DNA from: an uncultured Candidatus Rokubacteria bacterium
GTDB lineage: Bacteria; Methylomirabilota; Methylomirabilia; Rokubacteriales; DASRDR01
Direction: 5' to 3'
Length of the DNA: 64,000 bases
Assembly (NCBI GenBank): GCA_963826115.1
Contig: CAWGVS010000005.1
Coordinates: forward strand, 1,984,001-2,048,000
How positions within the stretch are numbered: position 1 is the stretch's first letter; every line of letters begins with the position of its first letter. Below, in pieces: positions 10,671-19,625 of the stretch. The translations under genes and the position numbers were made by a program. Under the pieces are notes generated by a model. That model saw only the letters and a list, made by a program, of their open reading frames with translations. It ran no database searches and was not told the origin of the DNA.

Positions 10671-11297
10671 TCAGGTCGGCAGGGCGGCGGCGATGCACTC
10701 GCGGGTCAGCGCCATGAGGAGATCGGGACGCGCCTTGCGGTCGGCGCCAGCCGGAAGCGCGGTCCCGTCGAGCGGCGCGTGATACGTGATCGTGATCCGT
10801 CCCGGGCGAGGCAGGCGGCGTTTGACCGGCCAGGACTCGAACGCCCCGGCGATCGTGACGGGCACCACGGGAGCGCCGGCGGCGAGCGCGAGCCGGAAGG
10901 CACCGGGTCGGAACGCCTGCAGGCGCCCGTCCGGCGACCGCCCGCCCTCCGGGAAGATGACGAGCGGCTCGCCCTCCCGCAGGATGCGGAGCGCCCGGCG
11001 AACGGCCGGGCTGTCGGGTTCGGCCTCCTGGATCGGAAACGCGCGGGCCCAGCGCATGAGCGCGCCGAGCCCGCGGATGCGGAAGAACGGCTCGAGCGCC
11101 ATGTAGTGGAGCGCCCGGCGGATCGGGATCGTCACCAGGATGGGATCCATGAACGACGTGTGATTCGGCGTGATGACCACCGGCCCCTCGCGGGGCACGT
11201 GGTCCACACCCTCGAAGCGGATGCGGAAGAGTCCGCGGGCCGTCGCCCTCACGCCGGGCCGGAGCGCCTCGAGGAACCAGAACGGGACCGGCCGCAC
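10671..11297 (-). CDS. plsC: Lysophospholipid acyltransferase (PlsC family)
   Basis: NHTSFMD (HxxxxD) and FPEGGRS. Confidence 0.88.
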   Translation of the reverse strand: MRPVPFWFLEALRPGVRATARGLFRIRFEGVDHVPREGPVVITPNHTSFMDPILVTIPIRRALHYMALEPFFRIRGLGALMRWARAFPIQEAEPDSPAVRRALRILREGEPLVIFPEGGRSPDGRLQAFRPGAFRLALAAGAPVVPVTIAGAFESWPVKRRLPRPGRITITYHAPLDGTALPAGADRKARPDLLMALTRECIAAALPT

Positions 11298-11326
11298 GGC
11301 CTCATCGTGACACGCGGACTCCCGTC

Positions 11327-12049
11327 GTGACAACGACGCGCGCCTCCCGCCCGATGATCGTGGCCCACCGCGGGGCCGCGCTCGAGGCGCCGGAGCACAC
11401 GATCCCCGCCTACGAGGCCGCGGTCGCGGCAGGGGCGGACGCCCTGTGGCTCGACGTCCAGGAGTCGGCGGACGACCAGCTGGTGGTGATCCACGACGCG
11501 GGGCTCGAGCGCACCACGAACGGCCGGGGCCCGGTCCGCGCGCACACCGTGCGGGAGCTGAAGCGGCTCGACGCCGGCCGCTGGTTCGCCTGGCGGTTCC
11601 GCGGCCAGCGAATCCAGACGCTCCACGAGGCCCTCGAGCGGTTCCGCGACCGCACGCGGTTCGTCGTGGCGCTCCAGGAAGGCTCGGACGTCCGCCCCGG
11701 GATCGAGGAGCGGCTCCTGGGCCTCCTGAACCTCTACGGGGTGGCGGAGCGGACGCTCGTGGCGTCCTACGACCATCACGCGCTCCGGCAGTGCCGTGCC
11801 CTCGACCACTCGGTGCCGCTCGGCGCGCGGGTCGTCGGCCGGCTTCTCGATCCCGGTGCGCTCGCCCCGCCCGGGGTCCTCACGGCCCTGTGCCTCGACG
11901 CGAGCCACGCCCTCCCCGCCGACGTCGACGCCGGGCGGGCCGCGGGGCTCGATGTCTACCTGGGCGTGATCGGGACGGCAGCCGACGCCCGCCGCGCGGC
12001 CGCCTGGGGCCCGGCGGGGCTCGTCACGACCGCGGTGTTCGACGTCTGA
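11327..12049 (+). CDS. Glycerophosphodiester phosphodiesterase family
   Basis: AHRGA..APEHT, VVIHD..LERTTNG and LDAGRWF. Confidence 0.85.
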   Translation: MTTTRASRPMIVAHRGAALEAPEHTIPAYEAAVAAGADALWLDVQESADDQLVVIHDAGLERTTNGRGPVRAHTVRELKRLDAGRWFAWRFRGQRIQTLHEALERFRDRTRFVVALQEGSDVRPGIEERLLGLLNLYGVAERTLVASYDHHALRQCRALDHSVPLGARVVGRLLDPGALAPPGVLTALCLDASHALPADVDAGRAAGLDVYLGVIGTAADARRAAAWGPAGLVTTAVFDV

Positions 12050-12076
12050 CCGGGCGGGCAGCGGGCCGCCCGCGGA

Positions 12077-13012
12077 CTACGCGTGGAGGCCCGCTCGCGT
12101 GAGCGCGGCCCGGATGACCCCGCGCTCGGCGTCGGGAATCGGGGTCAGCGGGGGCCGGACGTGGGCGGCGGGGATGCGGCCCAGCATCGCCAGCGCTTCC
12201 TTCATGCGGTTGTGCATGTCGACGAAGGGTGGCGCGTAGAACGCGCGGACGAGCGGGTCGAGCCGGTCGTTGATCCGCCGCGCCTCGTCGAGGTCGCCCT
12301 TGCGGCAGGCGGCGAAGAGCTCGGCCTGGAGGTCCGCGGTGACGCTCCCCATCCCCGAGATCGCTCCGTCGGCGCCGAGCAGGAAGCTGGCCATCAGCGA
12401 CATCGTGAAGGACGACAGAACCGCCACCGGGCGGCCGGTCGCCCGGATCGCCCGGAGGTTCCGCTCGAACGCCACGACGTCGTTCGACCAGTCCTTCACG
12501 GCCGCCACCTGCGGGATCTCGCAGAGACGCGCGAGCGTCTCCGGCGCGTAGCCGATGCCGGAGGCGGGCGGGTACTCGAACACCACGATCGGCAGGTCCG
12601 CGCCGGCGGCCACCTCGCTGACGTGGCGGATCACCATGTCCGGCTTGTGCTGGGCCCCCCACATGAAGAGCGTCGGCGGGAAGAGCAGGATCCCGGCCGC
12701 GCCTTCGGCCTTCGCGTCCCGCGCGAGGCGCACCGCTTCCTGGGTGCCGTCCGTGTAGACGCCCGCCACCACCGGCAGCGCCCCCCGCACCTCGTCGACG
12801 GCGATGGCGAGCGCGCGCCGTCGCTCGTCGCGGTCGAGCGACGACACCTCGGCGGCGTGGCCGTTGGCGACGAGCCCGGTGACGCCGCGGACGCCGGCCA
12901 GCCAGCGGAGGTGCCCGCGGTACGCGGGCTCGTCGATCGACAGGTCGGCCCGGAACGGCAGGAGGTTGGCCGGCATCACTCCTTCGAAGCGCAGCGGCTC
13001 CGACATCGCCAT
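12077..13012 (-). CDS. Dihydrodipicolinate synthase/NAL family aldolase-lyase
   Basis: NGHAAE in place of GTTGE; Schiff-base Lys in AAVKDWS; VRPPL. Confidence 0.88.
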   Translation of the reverse strand: MAMSEPLRFEGVMPANLLPFRADLSIDEPAYRGHLRWLAGVRGVTGLVANGHAAEVSSLDRDERRRALAIAVDEVRGALPVVAGVYTDGTQEAVRLARDAKAEGAAGILLFPPTLFMWGAQHKPDMVIRHVSEVAAGADLPIVVFEYPPASGIGYAPETLARLCEIPQVAAVKDWSNDVVAFERNLRAIRATGRPVAVLSSFTMSLMASFLLGADGAISGMGSVTADLQAELFAACRKGDLDEARRINDRLDPLVRAFYAPPFVDMHNRMKEALAMLGRIPAAHVRPPLTPIPDAERGVIRAALTRAGLHA

Positions 13013-13025
13013 CTCCTCCCTGGCC

Positions 13026-14033
13026 TCAGGCCAGCTGGAGCTCCTTGCCCCGCTCGGCGTCCATCGCGGCCAGCGCCTGGTCGACGCTCGCGCCGTCGTG
13101 GAAGATGGCCGCGACCGCCGCGGCCACGGCTCGCGGGTCGTCCGAGCCCGGATACAGAACGTTCCGCCCGATCATCGCCCCCCGGACGTTCGCGCCCGCC
13201 GCCATCCCGCGGTGGAGGTCCTCGAGCACGGGCCGCGGGTCCCCCACCGCCTCGCCGCCCAGGAGCGCGAGGGGCAGCGTGGTGGCGCGCGCGACACGCT
13301 CGAACTCCGGGCAGGTCGGCAGCTTGATCCAGGTGTAGAGGGAGCTCGCGCCCCAGGACGAGGCGACGCTGACGGCGTCGATCAGGGCCCGCGCCGTGCG
13401 CACGACCTTGTACGTCCCGTTCTCCCGGACCACCGGCAAGGGCTCGAGGAACGACAGCAGGCTCGCCTCCGACAGCTCGTTGATCGCCCGCACGCAGCCC
13501 TCGATGGTGGCCAGCGAGCCCCGGTCCGTGGGATCGATCCGCACCATGAACTTGCCCCCGTCCATCCCGAGGACGAGCATCCGACGCGTCGTGAAGCCGG
13601 TGAACCGATCGTCCATCTCCCAGGCGGAGCCCGGCAGGCCGCCCCGGTTCATGCAGCCGAGGAGGAGCCGCTCGTCGAGCGGGCTCTGCCCGCCGCGCTC
13701 GCGGATGAGCCCGCCCAGGATCAGGAGGTCCTCGACGAGGTCCGGCGTGGACATGAACCCATCGATTCCCGGATGGCTCAGGACGCGGAGGATCCGCGCG
13801 AGGAGCTCGTGGCGGTCGGCCATCGCCACGGGATCGTTCTGGATTTTCAGGCTGGCGCGGCCCGGATGGTCCGCCGCGAGGACGACCAGCCTGCCGTCGG
13901 GCGCCGGCATGCGCCGGCGCGAGCGCCGGTCCGCCTCGCCGTCGGCGAAGGCGGGCTGCCGGATCCGGATGTCGGTGATCGCCTCGTACAGCTCGCGCGG
14001 CAAATAGGCCCGCGCATCGAATCCCGTCGTCAT
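13026..14033 (-). CDS. Cgl0159-like class I aldolase (TIM barrel)
   Basis: LAADHPGR, MNRGGLPG..EMDDRFT, WIKLP, LLGG and GRNVLYP. Confidence 0.8.
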   Translation of the reverse strand: MTTGFDARAYLPRELYEAITDIRIRQPAFADGEADRRSRRRMPAPDGRLVVLAADHPGRASLKIQNDPVAMADRHELLARILRVLSHPGIDGFMSTPDLVEDLLILGGLIRERGGQSPLDERLLLGCMNRGGLPGSAWEMDDRFTGFTTRRMLVLGMDGGKFMVRIDPTDRGSLATIEGCVRAINELSEASLLSFLEPLPVVRENGTYKVVRTARALIDAVSVASSWGASSLYTWIKLPTCPEFERVARATTLPLALLGGEAVGDPRPVLEDLHRGMAAGANVRGAMIGRNVLYPGSDDPRAVAAAVAAIFHDGASVDQALAAMDAERGKELQLA

Positions 14034-14114
14034 CGTCCGCTCCTCGTGGGCGTCAGGATCGCCGAAAACGCCCGCCCCGACAAGAGATCGTTCGCGTGGG
14101 GAGCGTTCACGCGC

Positions 14115-14747
14115 CTACAGCAGCACCCGGCTCTGGAGCCAGAGGGTGTCGGCGACGGTGCGGTGACCCCGACGGGCGAGCTCCGGCAGGAGCGCGACCA
14201 TCACGGCGCCGGCCGTCACGGCGTCCCCGCGGGCCGTGTGGCGGCCGACCACAGGCACGCCGAGCCGCGCCGCCACCGACTCGAGCGTCAGGTCCGTCCA
14301 AGCGGGATGGAGCGCCGCGGCGAGCCGCATCGTGCAGAGGGCCGCGTTCCTCATAGGCGGCTGACCGCGGGCGCGGCGCCCCGCCGCGAGGATCGCCAGG
14401 TCGAAGGCGACGCCGTGGCCAACGACGACGTGGTCCTCCCACAGGCCTTCGAGGTCGTCCAGCACCGCGTCGAGCCGCGGGGCCGCTCGCACGTCGTCGT
14501 CGGTGATGCCGTGGATCCGCGTGGATGCGGCCGGAATCGGGCGGCCCGGGTTGACGAGCGTCTCGTAGCCACCCATCGGCTCCCCGCCCCGGAAGGGCAC
14601 GACCGCCACCGAGACGGCGACGTCTCGGCGGGCGTCGAGGCCCGTGGTCTCGAGGTCGATGGCCACGAAGTCGTCGAGCGCCGCCCCGAGCAGCCGGTCG
14701 TCGGCGGGTACGGCGCGCCCCCGGAGCCACCCGACGAGGCGCCTCAC
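14115..14747 (-). CDS. DnaQ-like DEDDh 3'-5' exonuclease
   Basis: IDLETTG, IHGI, GHGVAFD and HTARGDA; GTG overlaps the DUF294 stop. Confidence 0.88.
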   Translation of the reverse strand: MRRLVGWLRGRAVPADDRLLGAALDDFVAIDLETTGLDARRDVAVSVAVVPFRGGEPMGGYETLVNPGRPIPAASTRIHGITDDDVRAAPRLDAVLDDLEGLWEDHVVVGHGVAFDLAILAAGRRARGQPPMRNAALCTMRLAAALHPAWTDLTLESVAARLGVPVVGRHTARGDAVTAGAVMVALLPELARRGHRTVADTLWLQSRVLL

Positions 14748-16204
14748 CCGAGGAGGTCCGTTGCGTAACGCACGCGGAGGCCGTCCTGCACCTGGCCGAC
14801 CGTCCGGAGCGCATCGCGAAGCAGGAGCGCGTCGGCGCGCGACAGGCGCCGGGGATCCAGCCGGTTGTCCGGTGTCTCGCCGCGGTCGAGCCGGGCGAGC
14901 TGGTGGGCGAGGCGCAGCCGCTGGATGAGCTGGTAAGCGTCGACGATCTCGGCGCCCTCCTGCGTGCCGTAGACCTCGCGCGCGGCCGCCGACCGGAAGC
15001 GGTCGACGGTGTTGGTGTCGGCGAGCCCCAGCGCGAGGGCGTGGACCCGCGCGGCCCCCGTGAGCTGGAGGCTCCCGCCGCCCTTCACGTCGATCGTGCC
15101 GCGATGCGCTCCGTCCCGCGCGGGGCGGAGGTTCCCGAACACCGTGAGCGGAACGGGCCGCTCCACGACGTCGCGCGCGAGGAGACCCAGGAGGCGGCGC
15201 GAGCCAGGCGCGTCGGTCTGGATCACCGTCCGGAGCTCCGAGCCGAGCGTCGTCGTGCCCGCCGTCGCCCGAAGGTCGAAGAAGATGCAGGCGGCCAGCA
15301 CCTCCTGGGGACCGCTGTCCACCATCCAGCCGCGGAACCGACGCGCCCAGACGCTCACCGGCTGGCACCACTCTGGATTCGACGCCATGATCCGCCCCGG
15401 GCACTCCGGGAACCCGATCCGGACGAGCGCCCCGTTGACCTCGCCGGCGAGCCCCGCGAAGTAGGCCGCGACCGCCGCCGCGTCGGCCGGTGACGGATCG
15501 GCGTACGCGAGGCCGTTGTCCTGGTCCGTGCGGAGGCTCTGCTCCTGCCGGGCCTCGCTCCCGAAGGCGAGCCAGCAGAACGGGACGGGCGGCGGCCCGG
15601 CCGCGCCGCCGGCCTGCGTGACCAGCTCGACCACCCGCTGCGTCATCCGCTCGTTCAGCTCGGCGACGATCCGCCCGACGTCGTACGGCGTCCCGCCCTC
15701 GTCCACCAGCCGGCGCACCAGCGCGGTGACTCGCCCGCCGAGCCGGGCGAGATCGTCGACGGACGGCGCAGCGGCGATCTCGCGGGCCACCGTCACCGGG
15801 TGCGCCGCGTGCAGCCGGAGGAAGTCGTTGCTCGAGACGACGCCGAGGAGGCGTCCCTCTTCCACGACCGCGAGGTGGTGGATTCCGCGCCGGGTCATCT
15901 CGAGGAGCGCCTCGAAGCCGTAGGCCGCCGGGGCCACGCTGACGAGCGGGGTCGACATGACGTCGGCCGCCGTCGTCGCCGTGGGGTCGCGGGCGGCCGC
16001 GACGACCTTCGTCCGAAGGTCTCGATCCGTCACGATCCCGGTGGGCGTGCCGTCGTCACCGGCGATGACCACCGACCCGATTCCGGCCGCCGCCATCTGG
16101 CGGGCGAGCGCCTGAACAAGCGTGCGCGGGCTCGCGGTCACGGGCGGCCGCGCGATGAACTCGCGGACCGGATGGAGGAAGAGCGAGACGTCCTCGGGGC
16201 TCAC
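14744..16204 (-). CDS. CBS-pair + DUF294 (GlnD/GlnE-like) nucleotidyltransferase
   Basis: CBS motifs (GIVTDRDLR, IHHLAVV); NTase motif FGSEARQEQ..TDQDN; CPGRIMASNP; DVKGGG. Confidence 0.92.
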   Translation of the reverse strand: MSPEDVSLFLHPVREFIARPPVTASPRTLVQALARQMAAAGIGSVVIAGDDGTPTGIVTDRDLRTKVVAAARDPTATTAADVMSTPLVSVAPAAYGFEALLEMTRRGIHHLAVVEEGRLLGVVSSNDFLRLHAAHPVTVAREIAAAPSVDDLARLGGRVTALVRRLVDEGGTPYDVGRIVAELNERMTQRVVELVTQAGGAAGPPPVPFCWLAFGSEARQEQSLRTDQDNGLAYADPSPADAAAVAAYFAGLAGEVNGALVRIGFPECPGRIMASNPEWCQPVSVWARRFRGWMVDSGPQEVLAACIFFDLRATAGTTTLGSELRTVIQTDAPGSRRLLGLLARDVVERPVPLTVFGNLRPARDGAHRGTIDVKGGGSLQLTGAARVHALALGLADTNTVDRFRSAAAREVYGTQEGAEIVDAYQLIQRLRLAHQLARLDRGETPDNRLDPRRLSRADALLLRDALRTVGQVQDGLRVRYATDLLG

Positions 16205-16220
16205 GATCGGACGCCTTTCC

Positions 16221-16649
16221 TCAGGGTCCCCGGCCGGCCCGCCACCGTCGAAGGATGCCGAGCCCCGTCGCCACGAGAGCGCCGGCGACGTTCGTGGCGA
16301 CGACGAGGGCCAGCGAGACCAGGAGCAGCGCCATCACGGATCCGAGATGGAGCGCCGGTACCGCCTCGGGCGGAAGCTGGCTCTCCAGCCAGAACAGCGG
16401 CATCAGCACGACCATCGGCAGGCCGATCACGACCATCAGGAGCGCGATGGCCCCTCGCCCGATCCGGCGGATCGCCTCGAGCGCTCGGGACCACTGCTCG
16501 ACGTAGACCCAGAGCGCGGTCACTCCGACGAACGCCAGGAGCACGGCAACCATGAACACTGCCGGGGCGTCGCGAAACCTCGATCCGGCGGCGTAGACGC
16601 CGGCAAACGCGACCGCTCCGAACACGTTGGCGGCGGCGAGCGCCAGCAT
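16221..16649 (-). CDS. Hypothetical membrane protein
   Basis: Four hydrophobic segments; ATG at 16649. Confidence 0.55.
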   Translation of the reverse strand: MLALAAANVFGAVAFAGVYAAGSRFRDAPAVFMVAVLLAFVGVTALWVYVEQWSRALEAIRRIGRGAIALLMVVIGLPMVVLMPLFWLESQLPPEAVPALHLGSVMALLLVSLALVVATNVAGALVATGLGILRRWRAGRGP

Positions 16650-16668
16650 GGAGCCCGTCTCGCTCAGG

Positions 16669-16977
16669 CTATCGGGCCGGTGACCCGAGCCAGTGGGCGA
16701 GCAGGATCCGGGAGCCGAGCCAGAGCGCCACGTAGACACCGAGAGCGGCCAGGCGCACCCGGCGCTCCGGTGTGGCGACCCCCAGAAGCCTCCGCACGGG
16801 GCGCGTCAGCGGCCCGGTAACCACCGAGAAGAACCAGAGGACCGGGCTGTCCGGCCGATTGATCAGGCGAGCGAACAGAATGTGGAGGCCGAGATAGATC
16901 GAGGCCATGAAAAAGACGAGCGGGACCACCACGTTGAGGGTGTGGAGGAGACGCACGAGCAGTTCTGACCCGATCAC
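16669..16977 (-). CDS. Small YggT-like membrane protein
   Basis: FFSVVTGPLTRPVRRL resembles the YggT signature. Confidence 0.5.
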   Translation of the reverse strand: MIGSELLVRLLHTLNVVVPLVFFMASIYLGLHILFARLINRPDSPVLWFFSVVTGPLTRPVRRLLGVATPERRVRLAALGVYVALWLGSRILLAHWLGSPAR

Positions 16978-16991
16978 GGGCGCATGATACC

Positions 16992-17026
16992 AGGGGGCGG
17001 GACGCGCCAGGCGCCCCGCCCCCCGG
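16992..17026 (-). terminator. GC-rich hairpin downstream of the symporter
   Basis: Inverted repeat GGGGGCGGG..CCCGCCCCC just after the stop at 17044; no clear U-tract. Confidence 0.45.
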
Positions 17027-17043
17027 GTGATGTCAGTCGACCG

Positions 17044-18978
17044 CTAGCGGGCGGCGCTGGCCACGTCGCGACCGAGCGGATCGCCCCTGTAGGCCTGGCC
17101 GGACTTCGGATACCGCACGCTCACCACGAGATCCTGCACCTCCCGGGGCGGCGGCGCCGTCAGGAGGGACACGATCCAGATGGTGAGGATGCCGGCCGGC
17201 AGCCCGAAGATCGCCGAGGCGATCGTCTGGGTGCCGAACCACGACACACCGTAGAACCGGCTTCCGATCATGTAGTAGGCCGTGACGCCGAGGCCGACGA
17301 CCATGCCCCAGCACGCCCCGGTCTTGTTGGCGCGTTTCCACCAGATGCCCATCACCAGCGCGGGGAAGAACGACGCGCCGGCCAGGCTGAACGCCCAGGC
17401 CACCAGCTCGACGATGATCGCCACCCGGTACGTGGCGACGTACGCCGCGACGAGCGCGGTGACGATCAGCAGGACCTTGGTGATCGTCAATCGCACGGCC
17501 AGCGAGGTCCGGGGGTTGATGACGTTGTAGTAGAGGTCGTGGGAGATCGCGTTGGCGATCGTCAGGAGGAGGCCGTCGGCGGTGGACAGGGCCGCCGCCA
17601 GGCCGCCGGCCATGACGAGGCCGGTGATCACGAACGGCAGCCCCGCGATCTCCGGCATCGACAGCACGACGAAGTCGGTTGACCGGATCACGAAGTCCGC
17701 CCACTGCACGATGCCGTCGCCGTTCTTGTCGACGACGCTGAACAGGCCGGCCGGCGCCCAGAGGGTGATCCAGCGCGGCAGCTCCTTGATCTTGGTCCCC
17801 ACCAGCTTCGCGTAGATCGTGAACCGCGCGAAGGCGGCGTAGGCCGGCGCCGTGAAGTACAGCAGGAAGATGAAGAACAGGGACCACGCCACGGAGGTGC
17901 GCGCCTGACGCACGGAGGGCGTGGTGTAGTAGCGAGTCAGGATGTGGGGCAGGCCCGCGGTCCCCACCATGAGACAGAACGTCAGCGCGAGGAAGTTCCA
18001 CATGCCGACGCCGCTCGGCACCGTGAGGTAGCGGCCGAACTGCGCGGTCTCGCTGGTCGCTGGCGCGATCGCCTGGCGCGCCGCGAGGGTGGCCTGGGCC
18101 TTGAGCTTGTCGACGTCGGCGTCCGGCAGGCCGCCGGCCTTGATCTTGGCGTTGGCCTCGTCGGCCTCCTTCTGCCAGAGCCCCCGCGTCTCCTTCTCCT
18201 TGGCGTCGCCGGTGATCTGGAGCGCACGGGTGTTGTTCTGATGGAGAAGCCGGCCGTAGGTCAGCTGCGGGATCGGAATCGCGAAAATGGTCCACGACAG
18301 GTACACGACGGGAACCAGGTACGAGATGATCAGGATGATGTACTGGGCCACCTGGGTCCACGTGACGGACTTCATCCCCCCGAGTACCGAGCAGAACAGC
18401 ACGCCCAGGAGCCCGACGAAGACGCCGACGTTGAAGTCGAGGCCGATGAACCGGGAGACGATCAGTCCGACCCCAGTCACCTGCGCGATCAGATAGGTGA
18501 ACGAGCAGGCGATCGCGGCGATCACGCCGATTACCCGGGGGATGTTGCCGCCGAAACGCGCCCCCAGGAAGTCCGGGATGGTGTACGCCCCGAACTGGCG
18601 AAGGTACGGGCCGAGCAGGACGGCGAGCAGGAGATAACCGCCCGTCCAGCCCATGACGTAGGCAAGCCCGGCGAAGCCCTGGGCGGAGAGCGCCCCGCCC
18701 ATCGAGATGAACGACGCCGCCGACATCCAGTCGGATCCGGTGGCCATCCCGTTGTACACCGCGGGCACGCCGCGCCCGGCCACGTAGTACTGGTCGGGAT
18801 TGGACGTCCGGGTGAGCACGCCGATCACGACGTAGATGGCCAGCGACAGCGCCATGAAGATCCAGCCGATCATCTGGTTGCTGAACAGCCCGATCGCCTC
18901 ACCGATGCCGATCAGGATGGTGACGCCGAGGAACCCGACCGTGTAGAGTCCGAAGATCCTCTGGAGGCTGATCCCCAT
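17044..18978 (-). CDS. actP: Sodium:solute symporter, ActP/VC_2705 subfamily
   Basis: YYVAGR, NGMATGSDWMSAASF, GTAGLPHIL.RYYT, AALSTADGLL and a DKNGDG insert. Confidence 0.9.
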   Translation of the reverse strand: MGISLQRIFGLYTVGFLGVTILIGIGEAIGLFSNQMIGWIFMALSLAIYVVIGVLTRTSNPDQYYVAGRGVPAVYNGMATGSDWMSAASFISMGGALSAQGFAGLAYVMGWTGGYLLLAVLLGPYLRQFGAYTIPDFLGARFGGNIPRVIGVIAAIACSFTYLIAQVTGVGLIVSRFIGLDFNVGVFVGLLGVLFCSVLGGMKSVTWTQVAQYIILIISYLVPVVYLSWTIFAIPIPQLTYGRLLHQNNTRALQITGDAKEKETRGLWQKEADEANAKIKAGGLPDADVDKLKAQATLAARQAIAPATSETAQFGRYLTVPSGVGMWNFLALTFCLMVGTAGLPHILTRYYTTPSVRQARTSVAWSLFFIFLLYFTAPAYAAFARFTIYAKLVGTKIKELPRWITLWAPAGLFSVVDKNGDGIVQWADFVIRSTDFVVLSMPEIAGLPFVITGLVMAGGLAAALSTADGLLLTIANAISHDLYYNVINPRTSLAVRLTITKVLLIVTALVAAYVATYRVAIIVELVAWAFSLAGASFFPALVMGIWWKRANKTGACWGMVVGLGVTAYYMIGSRFYGVSWFGTQTIASAIFGLPAGILTIWIVSLLTAPPPREVQDLVVSVRYPKSGQAYRGDPLGRDVASAAR

Positions 18979-18983
18979 GGCGG

Positions 18984-19253
18984 CTAGCCCTCCTCGCGGA
19001 TGCCGAACTCGATGTCCTTCCGGTTCATCAGGCGGGCGTAGACGGCGATCTCGATGACGAAGATCGCGAGCGCCCCCTGGGCCGCCATGTAGTAGCCGAG
19101 CGGGAAGCCGAGGAACGAGAACTGGTTGAGCCAGCTCGCCCACAGGCCCGAGATCAGATACGTCACCACGAACCAGATCGTCAGCAGGATGGTGGTGAGC
19201 TTGATGTTGTACTGCCAGTACTCCTGCTTCTGACGTTCACTCAGGTCGGCCAT
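18984..19253 (-). CDS. DUF4212 small accessory membrane protein of the symporter
   Basis: YWQYN..LTIWFVV and GFPLGYYMAAQGAL; directly upstream of the symporter. Confidence 0.9.
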   Translation of the reverse strand: MADLSERQKQEYWQYNIKLTTILLTIWFVVTYLISGLWASWLNQFSFLGFPLGYYMAAQGALAIFVIEIAVYARLMNRKDIEFGIREEG

Positions 19254-19473
19254 GGAGCCCTCCATTGGGCCAGTCAGGGGTCAACGGGACGAGGCCACCT
19301 CGGACGTTACATGGCGCTCGTCAAGCCCCGCTCGGCAACCGGGTGAACCGACTTAGTGGTCGTCGTCCTCGGAGGGAGCCTCGCGAGCGGGCGGGGCTCC
19401 TGTTCGACCACGAGCGTGTCAGTTCCTGCCACGCCAGTGGACCGGAGGAAATGGCATCGGAGGGTACGACAGA

Positions 19474-19489
19474 AGCAGGGAGCGTGCTA
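19474..19489 (-). promoter_or_regulatory. Candidate sigma54 (-24/-12) promoter for DUF4212-actP
   Basis: Minus strand reads TAGCACG-CTCC-CTGCT against consensus TGGCACG-N4-TTGCW, with a mismatch in the GG. Lies in a lower-GC spacer downstream of a sigma54 activator. Confidence 0.4.
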
Positions 19490-19625
19490 GGTAACCCAGG
19501 CTCCTGCTCTGCCTATCATTGCCAGTAGCTTGCTTCCAATCGCAGAATCCGTTGAATCCAGGCGACCTGGCGGTGTCTGAACCATGGTGTCCATACCATG
19601 CGCACGCGGGGCTCCGCGCCGCGGT

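Noticed and set aside
19312-19326. GG-N10-GC (TGGCGCTCGTCAAGC) on the plus strand
   Set aside because: It points away from DUF4212-actP towards the 3' end of the regulator and matches the consensus poorly otherwise.
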